Shown here piece after piece: positions 17,991-27,462 of a stretch of 64,000 nucleotides of DNA. The DNA is from an uncultured Candidatus Saccharibacteria bacterium (GTDB lineage: Bacteria; Patescibacteriota; Minisyncoccia; Minisyncoccales; MHMH01), in contig CAZMQW010000002.1 of the NCBI GenBank assembly GCA_964568775.1, positions 4,354 to 68,353 of the forward strand, given 5' to 3'. The translations under genes and the position numbers were made by a program. The first letter of the stretch is position 1. The number at the start of each line of letters is the position of its first letter. Below the pieces are notes generated by a model. That model made no database searches. It saw only the letters and a list, made by a program, of their open reading frames with translations, and was not told the DNA's origin.

Positions 17991-19946
17991 ATGGATTTGT
18001 CAAGATTGGTTAACAAGGTCTTGATCGTCGGCATTACCCCCTATTTTCTAGAAAGGGGTAATTTGTGGTTTGAGGAAAATTTAACAAAAATCATCCAGGC
18101 CAGAAAAACCCAGTCCTTTTTCGAAGACAATACTCTGTTCTTGGAAAAGAACAAAGAATATAAATTCTCCCAGTTCTTGAGGAAACTCGACGAAATGGGC
18201 TACGAGAAAGTGCAAAAAATATCGGAGCCGGGCGAGTTCTCCAGAAAAGGCGGTATTATTGATGTTTTCCCGATTAATTCAAACCACGCTTTGAGAATAG
18301 ACTTTTACGGCAACTTGATTGACAATATTGAAAAATTGCCGGTTGAGGTTGAGAACGAAAAAGAAACCAAAGAAAGGATAAAAAGAAAACTGAAACGGCA
18401 AAAAATCTATTCCCAGTTGGGCGCCTTGAAGCCGGGCGATTACTTGGTTCACCTTGACCACGGCATCGGTATTTACAACCAAAAATTAACCGTTGACAAT
18501 CGTAAATACTACCAATTAGCCTACGCCCAAAACGATAAATTATATGTGCCAGTCGGCCTAGAAAGAAAATTATCTAGATACATTGGCTTCCAAGAGCCAA
18601 AAATTTCCCGGCTAAGCAGTCCGGTCTGGGAGAAAACAAAAAGAAAAATTAAGGAAGAAACGGAAAAGATGGCTCAAGACCTTTTAAATATCTACAGTCA
18701 AAGGGAAATTGCCCGAAGGCCGCCTTATTCGCCCGATGCCGAAATAGATTCTCAAATAGCGACCACTTTCCCTTATGAGGAAACGCCTGACCAAGCTCAG
18801 GCGATTGAGGAAATTAAAAAAGATTTGGAAGGATCTGAAAAACCTTTAGACAGAATTGTCTGCGGCGACGTTGGTTTTGGCAAAACCGAGGTTGCCTTGA
18901 GGATTATAGTCAAAGCGGTAAATTCTGGTTGGCAGGCAGTTATGGTTTGCCCGACTACTATCTTAGCCTCACAGCATTTCCAAACCTTTAAGAAAAGACT
19001 AAGCAAACTGCCTATCAAAGTTGAAATGTTAAGCAGGCTGCAGTCGAAAAAAGAACAAAAAGAAATAATCAAAAAAATAAAAGAAGGCCAAACAGACATT
19101 ATTATCGGCACTCACCGCGTTCTCTCTAATGACATTGATTTTAAAAATCTGGGCTTACTGGTGATTGACGACGAACAAAGGTTCGGCGTCAGGCAAAAAG
19201 AAAAACTAAAGAAACTCAGAGCTTCTTTGGACGTTTTATCACTATCAGCCACCCCTATTCCCCGTACCTTGTATCTGGCGCTCTCTTCTTTAAAAAATAT
19301 CAGCGTCATCCAAACGCCCCCGCCCTACCGCCTGCCGGTCAAAACACATGTCCAGCCCTGGTCGGAAAAAATTATCAAAGTAGCTATTAATAAAGAAATT
19401 TCCCGAAAAGGCCAGGTTTACTATCTTCACAACCGGGTAGAAACAATTGAAAATGCCAAAAAACTTTTGGAAAACTTAATACCCAAAGCAAAAATCGGCA
19501 TAGTGCACGGCCGATTGAATGAAAAAGAATTAGTAAGAACAATGAATGATTTCCAAAACAAAAAGATTAATGTCTTGGTTGCCACCACTATTATCGAGAA
19601 CGGCCTGGATTTACCCAGCGTTAACACTTTAATTGTGGCTGACGCCACCCGTCTCGGACTATCCCAAGCCTATCAAATCAGGGGCAGGATCGGCCGTTCT
19701 CCCCGTCAATCGTTCGCCTACTTTCTTTACGGCGGCCGCTTAACTAGTTTGGCCAACCAAAGATTAAAAGCATTGAAGGAAGCGGAAGAATTGGGTTCTG
19801 GCTATAAAATTGCCATAAAAGATCTAGAAATACGGGGGGCTGGCAACATTCTGGGTAAAGAGCAGTCGGGTAATATCAACCAGGTCGGACTCAACCTTTA
19901 CTGCCAAATGTTGTCTGACGCCATCGACAAAATAAAAAAGAGCTAG
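17991..19946 (+). CDS. mfd: transcription-repair coupling factor Mfd, compact form (lacks N-terminal D1a/D1b and C-terminal D7)
   Basis: 651 aa. UvrB-homology D2-like segment (GEFSRKGGIIDVFPINSNHALRIDFYGNLIDNIE), RNAP-interaction motif KLYVPVGLERKLSRY, helicase motif I FPYEETPDQAQAIEEI...CGDVGFGKTEVA, a DEQRF box and a TRG-like motif. Ends shortly after helicase motif VI. Confidence 0.8.
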   Translation: MDLSRLVNKVLIVGITPYFLERGNLWFEENLTKIIQARKTQSFFEDNTLFLEKNKEYKFSQFLRKLDEMGYEKVQKISEPGEFSRKGGIIDVFPINSNHALRIDFYGNLIDNIEKLPVEVENEKETKERIKRKLKRQKIYSQLGALKPGDYLVHLDHGIGIYNQKLTVDNRKYYQLAYAQNDKLYVPVGLERKLSRYIGFQEPKISRLSSPVWEKTKRKIKEETEKMAQDLLNIYSQREIARRPPYSPDAEIDSQIATTFPYEETPDQAQAIEEIKKDLEGSEKPLDRIVCGDVGFGKTEVALRIIVKAVNSGWQAVMVCPTTILASQHFQTFKKRLSKLPIKVEMLSRLQSKKEQKEIIKKIKEGQTDIIIGTHRVLSNDIDFKNLGLLVIDDEQRFGVRQKEKLKKLRASLDVLSLSATPIPRTLYLALSSLKNISVIQTPPPYRLPVKTHVQPWSEKIIKVAINKEISRKGQVYYLHNRVETIENAKKLLENLIPKAKIGIVHGRLNEKELVRTMNDFQNKKINVLVATTIIENGLDLPSVNTLIVADATRLGLSQAYQIRGRIGRSPRQSFAYFLYGGRLTSLANQRLKALKEAEELGSGYKIAIKDLEIRGAGNILGKEQSGNINQVGLNLYCQMLSDAIDKIKKS

Positions 19947-19982
19947 GATTGACCTAACTCTTCATCTTGCTAAATAGGTTCG

Positions 19983-20336
19983 TCAGTCTTCTACGTCCGG
20001 GCCTAATACAAAATGGCCTTTAAATAAAGCACCGGATTTAGCAATTATGTTGATAATTTCTTCTTCGTATTCTTTATACTCTGGCCTGACAGTTATGTAT
20101 TTCCTTACTTCTTTAGGATTCGTAATTCGCTCTACCGGAGCTTCTTCGTTATCTACCCTTTCGAGTTCCTCCTCGTGTACATAATGTCCGTCGACGCAAT
20201 AGTTAAACTCGCCGTTTGGTAACTGGTTAATTTCTTCGATAGTTCCGATCTTTCCGATTAAATCGCGGCTGGTAGCATTGTCCAGCAACCTCACAATCTT
20301 TACTCTTTCATCAACAGAAAACTTAGCTATATTCAT
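19983..20336 (-). CDS. hypothetical protein
   Basis: 117-aa ORF between mfd and topA, acidic C-terminal half. No motif recognised. Confidence 0.35.
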   Translation of the reverse strand: MNIAKFSVDERVKIVRLLDNATSRDLIGKIGTIEEINQLPNGEFNYCVDGHYVHEEELERVDNEEAPVERITNPKEVRKYITVRPEYKEYEEEIINIIAKSGALFKGHFVLGPDVED

Positions 20337-20451
20337 CTTTCCTCCTTATAGAAATCTTAAGTACAATTTTTCTTAATGTCTTAGTTTAAAATAGTTAACT
20401 GCAAAAGTCAAATTTTGTAATTTTATAAAAAGAGTGTTACATTAAGAAAAT

Positions 20452-22500
20452 ATGAATTTAATTATTGTTGAATCGCCAACTAAATCAAGAACGCTGAGCG
20501 GTTTTTTAGGACCTAAATACAAGGTCCTTTCTTCCTATGGCCATATTCGAGACTTGCCCAAAGCCGAATTGGGCGTTGATATTGATAATGATTTTGAGCC
20601 GAAATACATAATCCCCACGAAATCAAAAAAGACTATTAACTTGTTGAAAGAAGAATCAAAAAAAACAGATTTAATCATTCTGGCGACTGATGAAGACAGA
20701 GAGGGTGAGGCAATCGCCTGGCATTTGATTGAGGCTCTAAAATCAAACGGCAAAAAATCTTACCAAAGGATTGTTTTCCACGAAATTACCAAACAAGCGA
20801 TTGAAGAGGCTCTAAAGAACCCCAGAAAAATTGATATGGACCTGGTTGACGCCCAGCAGGCCAGAAGGATCCTAGATCGCATCGTCGGGTATAAGTTATC
20901 ACCCTTCTTATGGAAAAAAGTGGCCCGGGGTTTGTCAGCCGGCAGAGTCCAGTCGGTGGCTGTCAGATTGGTGGTTGAGAGAGAAAGAGAAATAGAAAAT
21001 TTTATCCCGCAAGAATATTGGAGTATTGTTGCTCTGCTCAAGAAATTAAAAGAAACCGAAACTCATTCAGAATTTGAAGCAACTCTGATAAAGAAAGACG
21101 ACAAAGTTTTAGAAAAACTGGCAATCAAAAACGAAAAAGAAGCTGATAAAATCGTCGAAGATTTGAAAGGTGCCGAATATAAAGTAGAAAGTATTGAAAA
21201 AAAAGAAGTTAGAAGAAACCCCTTCCCGCCTTTCACAACTTCAACTCTACAGCAAGAAGCTTTCCGAAAATTAAGATTCCCAGCCAAGCTGACAATGGGT
21301 ATTGCCCAAAATCTTTATGAACGTGGCTTCATAACCTATCACCGTACCGACTCTTTCAATCTCTCTGCTTTGGCTCTTGGTACGGCCAAAAAATTCATTG
21401 TCGAGAATTACGGCGAGCGCTATCACCAATTCAGACAGTTTAAAACCAAATCCAAAGGAGCCCAGGAGGCCCACGAAGCCATCCGGCCCGCCTATCCAGA
21501 AAGGACTCCGGACAAATTAAAACTCCAAACTAAATTAGACGACAGGCAGGCTCGGTTGTACGAAATAATCTGGCAAAGGTTTGTCGCTTGTCAGATGAAA
21601 GAGGCTTTGTTTGATTCAACGACTGTAGATATTAAAGCGAAAAACTATGTTTTTCGGGCCACTGGCCAAACATTAAAATTCGATGGTTTTTTAAAGATCT
21701 ATCCAGTCAAATTTGAAGAAACAACTCTACCGACTTTGGAAAAAGAGGAATCTTTAAAACTTATTAAATTAAACCCCGGCCAGCATTTTACCCAGCCCCC
21801 GGCCCGCTATACCGAAGCCACTTTGATCAAAGCTTTGGAAGCCGAGGGCATTGGCCGACCCTCGACCTACGCGCCGATTATCTCAACTATTCAGGATAGA
21901 AACTATATCGAAAAAGACAAAAAAAGATGCTTCCAGCCGACCGAAATCGGCCTGGTTGTCAACGATTTGCTGGTAGAACATTTTCCCAAAATCGTTGATA
22001 TCAAATTCACCGCTAATATGGAAAAAAATCTTGATGAAATCGCCCAAGGCCAAAGAGAGTGGAAAAAAATTATTAAAGAGTTTTACGGTCCTTTCAGCAA
22101 AAATCTGGAAGAGAAATATCAGGAAGTTTCAAAGAAGGAATTCACCGAAACTCCGACCGAAAAAAAATGCCCCAAATGCGGCAGCCAGCTTTTGATCCGC
22201 TTAGGCAAATTCGGCAAGTTCTATGCCTGCAGCAAATTCCCCAAATGCAAATACACCGAATCCCTGCCTGAAAACCGTCTGGGCGTCAAATGCCCCAAGT
22301 GCGGAGAAGGAGAAATTGTTGAAAAAAGAACCAAAAGAAGTAAAATATTCTATGGCTGCAACCGCTTCCCCAAATGCGACTTTGCCCTATGGGACAAACC
22401 AACCGGCCAAACTTGCCCAGAATGCGGCAGCTTGTTGGTAGAAAAAAACAAAAGAATTCAATGTTCCAATAAACAATGCAAAAGCAACTCCAAAAAATAA
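20452..22500 (+). CDS. topA: DNA topoisomerase I with three C-terminal zinc ribbons
   Basis: 682 aa. Toprim N-terminus MNLIIVESPTKSRTL, active-site Tyr region GFITYHRTDS, and C-terminal CPKCG...C repeats. Confidence 0.95.
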   Translation: MNLIIVESPTKSRTLSGFLGPKYKVLSSYGHIRDLPKAELGVDIDNDFEPKYIIPTKSKKTINLLKEESKKTDLIILATDEDREGEAIAWHLIEALKSNGKKSYQRIVFHEITKQAIEEALKNPRKIDMDLVDAQQARRILDRIVGYKLSPFLWKKVARGLSAGRVQSVAVRLVVEREREIENFIPQEYWSIVALLKKLKETETHSEFEATLIKKDDKVLEKLAIKNEKEADKIVEDLKGAEYKVESIEKKEVRRNPFPPFTTSTLQQEAFRKLRFPAKLTMGIAQNLYERGFITYHRTDSFNLSALALGTAKKFIVENYGERYHQFRQFKTKSKGAQEAHEAIRPAYPERTPDKLKLQTKLDDRQARLYEIIWQRFVACQMKEALFDSTTVDIKAKNYVFRATGQTLKFDGFLKIYPVKFEETTLPTLEKEESLKLIKLNPGQHFTQPPARYTEATLIKALEAEGIGRPSTYAPIISTIQDRNYIEKDKKRCFQPTEIGLVVNDLLVEHFPKIVDIKFTANMEKNLDEIAQGQREWKKIIKEFYGPFSKNLEEKYQEVSKKEFTETPTEKKCPKCGSQLLIRLGKFGKFYACSKFPKCKYTESLPENRLGVKCPKCGEGEIVEKRTKRSKIFYGCNRFPKCDFALWDKPTGQTCPECGSLLVEKNKRIQCSNKQCKSNSKK

Positions 22501-24248
22501 TTAAAAACAGCCCCAAACCGAAACTAATTGAACGGGCTTTTAACTTTGCCAAAGAAGCCCACGGCGACCAAAAAAGATTTTCGGGCAAGGAATACATTAT
22601 CCACCCGCTCCGAGTGGCCCAGTCTTTGGACGAAATGCACCTTGACCCACAAACCGTGGCAGCCGGACTCTTGCATGACGTGCCGGACGATACCGAAAAG
22701 ACTCTGGAAGATATAAAAAAAGAATTCGGCAAGGAGGTTGCTTTTTTGGTCGAGGGAGTCAGCAAGTTAGGCAAGCTTCGCTATCCCAAAGAAGACCTAG
22801 AGGTCAAATCGCCCGAATCAAGACAAAAAGAACCGATTGATTTAAGGGCGGAAAACTTAAGAAAAATGTTTTTTGCCATGGCCGAAGACCTAAGAGTGGT
22901 TTTAATCAAGCTGGCCGACCGGCTCCACAACATGGAAACTTTGGGTTCTTTACCTCCGGAAAAACAAAAAAGGATTGCCCTGGAGACTTTGGAAATTTTC
23001 GCCCCTTTGGCCAACCGGCTGGGAATAGGAAATATGAGAAACCAGCTGCAGGATTTGGCCTTCCTTTATCTTTACCCGAAAGAATACGAATGGCTGATGA
23101 ACAACGTAAAAGAGAGGTACGAAAAAAGAAAAAAGTATCTTAAAAAAGTAAAAAAGGCTTTAATTAAAATCCTTAAAAAGGAGAAGATAAAACCAATTGA
23201 TATCCACTCCCGACCCAAACACCACTGGAGCCTTTACCAAAAACTAATAAAGCACGAAATGAATTTCGAAAGAATTTATGATTTAGTGGCTTTAAGAATA
23301 ATTGTTGAAGACATTAAAACCTGCTACCAGGTACTGGGTACTATCCATAAATATTGGCGCCCTTTACCCAACCGAATTAAAGACTATATTGCCTTTCCCA
23401 AGCCCAACGGCTACCAGGCTCTTCACACAACCTGTTTTTGTTTGGAGGGAAAAATCACCGAAATCCAGATCAAGACAAAAGAGATGCACGAAAAAGCCGA
23501 ACACGGTATTGCCGCTCACTGGGCACTGAAAGAAGGCGTTAATTTGCAGACCCAAGGAAAGAAATTCGCCTGGATGCAGCAGTTAAAAGATTGGCAAATC
23601 AAAGCGTCGGGGTCCAAGGAATTTTTAGAGGGGTTAAAGATTGATTTCTTTAAAAACCGGATTTTTATATTCACCCCCAAGGGAGACGTTATTGATTTGC
23701 CCGAAGGCGCCACGCCAATTGATTTCGCCTACGCTGTCCACAGCGACATCGGCAACCGTTGCGCCGGCGCCAAAGTCAACGGCAAAATGACCCAGCTTTC
23801 CCAGCCTTTGAAAAACGGCGATGTCGTTGAAATAGTTGTCGATAAGCACAAAAAGCCTTCCAACGACTGGCTGAAATTCGTCAAAACCAGCATGGCCCGC
23901 TCCCGGATTAAAAGCCGGCTGAAGCAAGATGAACGCCTGGAGGGATTAAAGGGTTTCCTTAAAGAAAAGGCGAAAATCATCAACATCCTGCCAAAACTAC
24001 AAAAACAGCCCCATTTAAAAAAAACTAAAAAGGCCGAAGCAATGATTTTTTTAGCCGGCCAAGCCGGTATGAAAATCTATCTGGCCAAATGTTGCTCTCC
24101 CCAGCCTGGCGACAAAATCAAAGCCTATATTACCAAAGACCGCGGCGCCTCAATCCATCGGGCCGACTGCGGCAACATACTGAAAATACAAAAAAAATGG
24201 CCCCAAAAAATCGTTGAGGCCGCTTGGGGAACAAAAGGAAAGTCTTAA
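22476..24248 (+). CDS. rel: bifunctional (p)ppGpp synthetase/hydrolase, RelA/SpoT homologue (HD + synthetase + TGS + conserved-Cys domain; no ACT)
   Basis: 590 aa. HD motif LLHDVPDDT, synthetase region with YQALHTT, TGS (GDVVEIVVDKHKKPSNDWLKFV) and CC domain (AKCCSPQPGDKI...HRADCGN). Confidence 0.9.
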   Translation: MQKQLQKIIKNSPKPKLIERAFNFAKEAHGDQKRFSGKEYIIHPLRVAQSLDEMHLDPQTVAAGLLHDVPDDTEKTLEDIKKEFGKEVAFLVEGVSKLGKLRYPKEDLEVKSPESRQKEPIDLRAENLRKMFFAMAEDLRVVLIKLADRLHNMETLGSLPPEKQKRIALETLEIFAPLANRLGIGNMRNQLQDLAFLYLYPKEYEWLMNNVKERYEKRKKYLKKVKKALIKILKKEKIKPIDIHSRPKHHWSLYQKLIKHEMNFERIYDLVALRIIVEDIKTCYQVLGTIHKYWRPLPNRIKDYIAFPKPNGYQALHTTCFCLEGKITEIQIKTKEMHEKAEHGIAAHWALKEGVNLQTQGKKFAWMQQLKDWQIKASGSKEFLEGLKIDFFKNRIFIFTPKGDVIDLPEGATPIDFAYAVHSDIGNRCAGAKVNGKMTQLSQPLKNGDVVEIVVDKHKKPSNDWLKFVKTSMARSRIKSRLKQDERLEGLKGFLKEKAKIINILPKLQKQPHLKKTKKAEAMIFLAGQAGMKIYLAKCCSPQPGDKIKAYITKDRGASIHRADCGNILKIQKKWPQKIVEAAWGTKGKS

Positions 24249-24451
24249 AATTTTAGCTTCTTTAAAAATAGTGAGAACTTTTTTATAACCGATTGCCAAA
24301 TATTCGGTTTCCGAACCAAACCTTCAACCCCTCTTAATTTCTTTCTTGTTGTCCTGGCAAACAGGACTTTTTTAGTTGCCGAAATTTTTGTCTTATTGCC
24401 TGATTTTCTAGGGATCAAAGACTCCAGGCCCTTACCGAAAGTTTGTTTCAT
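24245..24451 (-). CDS. ParB N-terminal-like peptide (68 aa; no CTPase/HTH/dimerisation domains)
   Basis: Starts MKQTFGKGLESLIP, matching the ParB/Spo0J N-terminal LG(K/R)GLxAL(I/L) motif that contacts ParA. Rest is lysine/arginine-rich with no ParB-box-binding HTH. In the canonical parB position, ATGA-coupled to parA. Its 3' end overlaps the convergent rel gene. Confidence 0.45.
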   Translation of the reverse strand: MKQTFGKGLESLIPRKSGNKTKISATKKVLFARTTRKKLRGVEGLVRKPNIWQSVIKKFSLFLKKLKF

Positions 24452-25212
24452 AAAGCTGTATTGATAAATTCCTCGGCCAATTCGCGGTAAGCTTTGGCGG
24501 CCAAAGAAGTTGGCGCATATTGCAAAATGGTTTTGCCAAATTTAGGCGCTTCAGCCAAAGCGATCTGTCGGGGAATGACTGTGTCAAAAACATAGCCGGG
24601 GAAATTCCGCCTCACTTCCTTAACCACTTCCCGCGACAACCTGTTATTACGATTGTACATGGTCAAAAGGGCGCCGGTAATCTTTAAATTATGCCCTAAA
24701 TTTCTTTTGACCAGATTTATTGTGTTGAGCAACTGTTCCAATCCTTCTAAGGCTAAGTATTCGCACTGGACCGGAATTAAAACTTCTTTTGAGGCACAAA
24801 GGGCATTAATGGTTAAAAGGCCGAGGCTGGGCGGTGAATCAATAAAGACGAAATCGTAAGACTCGCTGACTTTCTCCAATAGCTGCTGTAATTTGAATTC
24901 CCGGTCAGCGGTCGTTACCAATTCCACGGTGGATCCGGCCAAATCAGGTGAAGCAGGCATGATTTCGTACCCGAAAAAAGGGCTTTTCCGTATAATAGCC
25001 GAAGGGCTAACTTGCCCGGCCAAAGCATGGTAAATAGACAAAGGTAAGTTGTGAGGAGCTATCCCTAAACTTAAGGTGGCGTTGGCTTGAGGATCCATAT
25101 CAACCAATAAAACCCTCTTGCCCAGGGCCGCAATAAAGACCGGCAAATTGGTAGCTACCGAACTTTTCCCTACGCCCCCTTTTTGGTTGCAAATAGAGAT
25201 AATCCGCACCAT
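24448..25212 (-). CDS. parA: ParA/Soj-family partition ATPase
   Basis: 254 aa with deviant Walker A ICNQKGGVGKSSVATNL and MinD/ParA architecture. Confidence 0.9.
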   Translation of the reverse strand: MVRIISICNQKGGVGKSSVATNLPVFIAALGKRVLLVDMDPQANATLSLGIAPHNLPLSIYHALAGQVSPSAIIRKSPFFGYEIMPASPDLAGSTVELVTTADREFKLQQLLEKVSESYDFVFIDSPPSLGLLTINALCASKEVLIPVQCEYLALEGLEQLLNTINLVKRNLGHNLKITGALLTMYNRNNRLSREVVKEVRRNFPGYVFDTVIPRQIALAEAPKFGKTILQYAPTSLAAKAYRELAEEFINTAL

Positions 25213-25240
25213 AAAGTCAATTTATCACAATTTTTTTATA

Positions 25241-25269
25241 TTTACAACCGAGTAAATTTCTGCTAGGAT
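25241..25269 (+). promoter_or_regulatory. sigma70-like promoter for tRNA-Leu: -35 TTTACA, 17 nt, -10 TAGGAT
   Basis: TTTACAaccgagtaaatttctgcTAGGAT ends 9 nt before the mature tRNA 5' end. Confidence 0.35.
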
Positions 25270-25278
25270 ACAAAACGA

Positions 25279-25363
25279 GCCGCGGTGCTGGAACTGGCAG
25301 ACAGGGCGGACTCAAAATCCGCTGTCCCAAAAAGACGTGTGGGTTCAACTCCCACCCGCGGCA
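25279..25363 (+). tRNA. tRNA-Leu (anticodon CAA), type II with long variable arm; CCA not encoded
   Basis: Acceptor GCCGCGG/CCGCGGC plus discriminator A. Anticodon stem-loop GGCGGA-CTCAAAA-TCCGCT. Long variable arm (GTCCCAAAAAGACGTG). T-arm GTGGGTTCAACTCCCAC. Confidence 0.85.
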
Positions 25364-25367
25364 CATC

Positions 25368-25856
25368 TTATTTCCCAGAAAATTTGAAAATCAACCAGCC
25401 GGACAAAATTCCCACGATCGCCCCGGCTAAAATGTCCGAGGGCCAGTGGATGCCGACAAAAACTCGAGAAATTGTAATTAAAAGACTGGCGATAAAGAAC
25501 AAAACGCCAGCTTTTTTATTATAGTTAAAAATAATTGTACTGAGAGCAAAAAAGAAAGCAGCGTGACCCGAAGGGAAAGAACTAGTATCGGCGTGTTCCA
25601 AAAGCAGGTTGACTTGATTCTCCACAAAAGGACGGGGTCTTTCCCAGATAAACCTGGCTAATTCCACAATAACGAAACGGGCGGCAATAGCAGCCAAAAA
25701 CATTTGGAAAATCGCTCTTCTTTTTTTGATAAACATCAAAATGGCCGCTATTGCCACCAAATAGCCGAAGTAATCGGCAAAAAAAACTCCAGCAGCATCT
25801 AAGCAACCCCCTCGGCCGGCTAAATTGTTTATTTGTTGAAAAACTAAATAATCCAT
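25368..25856 (-). CDS. PAP2-family membrane phosphatase (undecaprenyl-diphosphate / lipid phosphatase-like)
   Basis: 162 aa membrane protein with PAP2 motif 2 SSFPSGHAAFFFAL and upstream KxxxxxxRP-like RPRPF. Confidence 0.75.
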   Translation of the reverse strand: MDYLVFQQINNLAGRGGCLDAAGVFFADYFGYLVAIAAILMFIKKRRAIFQMFLAAIAARFVIVELARFIWERPRPFVENQVNLLLEHADTSSFPSGHAAFFFALSTIIFNYNKKAGVLFFIASLLITISRVFVGIHWPSDILAGAIVGILSGWLIFKFSGK

Positions 25857-25858
25857 TT

Positions 25859-26860
25859 TTATATTTGAAGATCGGCTTTAGCCTTAATGTTTTTAGCTGT
25901 GTTTGAACGGTGAAAAAAAGCAGTTATCCCTATCATTACCGCATTGTCGGTGCAAAACTTAGCGTCTGGAATATAAAGGCCTTTCTTTATCTTTTTCTTG
26001 AATTGTTTCCTTAATTCACTGTTAGCGGCCACCCCGCCGCCCAAGATAATTGATTTCACCCGGTAATCTTTGGCCGCTTTCAAAGTCTTACGGATTAAGA
26101 CATCGGCGATCGCCTGCTGGATTTCAAATGACATCGCCCGGATGTATTTTGGCGACCGCCTGATTTTTGCCGACTGGTTTCTGTAATTATATAATACCGC
26201 AGTTTTCAATCCGGAAAAACTGAAATCATAATTCTTTTGATTAATCATTGGCCTTGGCAGTTTAATTGATAAGCCTCGGCCGGATTTTAATTTAGCTGCT
26301 TGAGCGGCAATCAACGGGCCGCCCGGATATCCTAAGCCCAAAATCCTGGCTGTTTTATCAAAACATTCGCCAGCTGCATCGTCCCGCGTCTCACCGATCA
26401 ACTGATATTGGCCGATCTTTTCCATTAAAACCAGCCCGGTGTGCCCGCCGGAAACCACCAAACAAATAGCGGGGAATTTGATTGAAGCTTTCTTGACGAG
26501 ATTAGCCAGAATATGGGCTTCAATATGGTTTACCGGAATTAGTGGTTTTTGGGATTTTTTGGCCAGATCCTGGGCAAAATTTATCCCTTGCCACAAACAA
26601 GGTTCTAAACCCGGCCCCGCGGTTACGCCAATTAAATCTATCTTTGCCACATCATGCCCCTTGATTGTTTTTTTAAAAACAAGAGGCAGATTCTTCTGGT
26701 GTTCTCTTTTGGCTAAAAAAGGATGAACCCCGCCATATTGGGCATGGAGTTTCACCTGGGACGAAACAATATTTGATATAATCTTGAAACGAGAGCTTTT
26801 TGCCTCTAATAGGGCAACGCAAGTATCATCGCAAGACGTATCTATTCCTAGAATAATCAT
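25859..26860 (-). CDS. tsaD: tRNA N6-adenosine threonylcarbamoyltransferase
   Basis: 333 aa. N-terminus IILGIDTSCDDTCVALL with metal-binding His motifs (HIEAH) of the Kae1/TsaD family. Confidence 0.9.
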   Translation of the reverse strand: MIILGIDTSCDDTCVALLEAKSSRFKIISNIVSSQVKLHAQYGGVHPFLAKREHQKNLPLVFKKTIKGHDVAKIDLIGVTAGPGLEPCLWQGINFAQDLAKKSQKPLIPVNHIEAHILANLVKKASIKFPAICLVVSGGHTGLVLMEKIGQYQLIGETRDDAAGECFDKTARILGLGYPGGPLIAAQAAKLKSGRGLSIKLPRPMINQKNYDFSFSGLKTAVLYNYRNQSAKIRRSPKYIRAMSFEIQQAIADVLIRKTLKAAKDYRVKSIILGGGVAANSELRKQFKKKIKKGLYIPDAKFCTDNAVMIGITAFFHRSNTAKNIKAKADLQI

Positions 26861-27420
26861 ATTCTTAAAACTTTTGGCGGCGAAACAGTCAAATCAATAA
26901 CCATTGAAGGATGGGATTCCTTTAAGCCCCCGACATCAACCACTAAATCGGGCTGCTGTTTCTGATTTTTGAACTGTTTTAAAACTTCCTTGATCCTGGT
27001 TGAAGCCGGCCGGCCGGAAATATTGGCTGAAGTGCCGATTAAAGGCCTATTGACAACAGAAAGTAATCGATTGATAAATTTATAATCGGGCATCCTTAAA
27101 CCAATGGTGCTGTTTTTCTTCTTGAAGACTACCGTAACCTTGCCTGGCCAGACTTTTTTCAGAAAATATTCTTCTTCTTTACTAATTTCAGTTAAATTTT
27201 TTGCCATTTTTATGTCTTTGACGAAAATAGGCAACTTTTTACTAACCGGCCGTTTTTTAATCTTCAAAAGCTTGCTAACTGCTTTTTTATTGGTAGCGTC
27301 GCAAACTAAGCCATAAACCGTATCGGTCGGGCAAATCACAATCTGACCTTTTTTTATAGATTTTGTAGTTTCTTTAATTGTTTGATTGAAATTTTGTCCT
27401 TTAAGCCTTAAAGTCCTCAT
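26857..27420 (-). CDS. tsaC: L-threonylcarbamoyladenylate synthase (YrdC/Sua5 domain)
   Basis: 187 aa with YrdC motif ICPTDTVYGLVCDA. 4-nt overlap with tsaD. Confidence 0.85.
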   Translation of the reverse strand: MRTLRLKGQNFNQTIKETTKSIKKGQIVICPTDTVYGLVCDATNKKAVSKLLKIKKRPVSKKLPIFVKDIKMAKNLTEISKEEEYFLKKVWPGKVTVVFKKKNSTIGLRMPDYKFINRLLSVVNRPLIGTSANISGRPASTRIKEVLKQFKNQKQQPDLVVDVGGLKESHPSMVIDLTVSPPKVLRI

Positions 27421-27462
27421 TTTTCTACCCTAAATTAGATTGATAAAAATTAAATGGTTTCG

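Noticed and set aside
25279-25363. Possibility that tRNA-Leu marks an integrated mobile element
   Set aside because: Flanking genes (parA, PAP2 phosphatase, tsaD, tsaC) are ordinary housekeeping genes. No integrase, direct repeat of the tRNA 3' end, or compositional shift was seen nearby.
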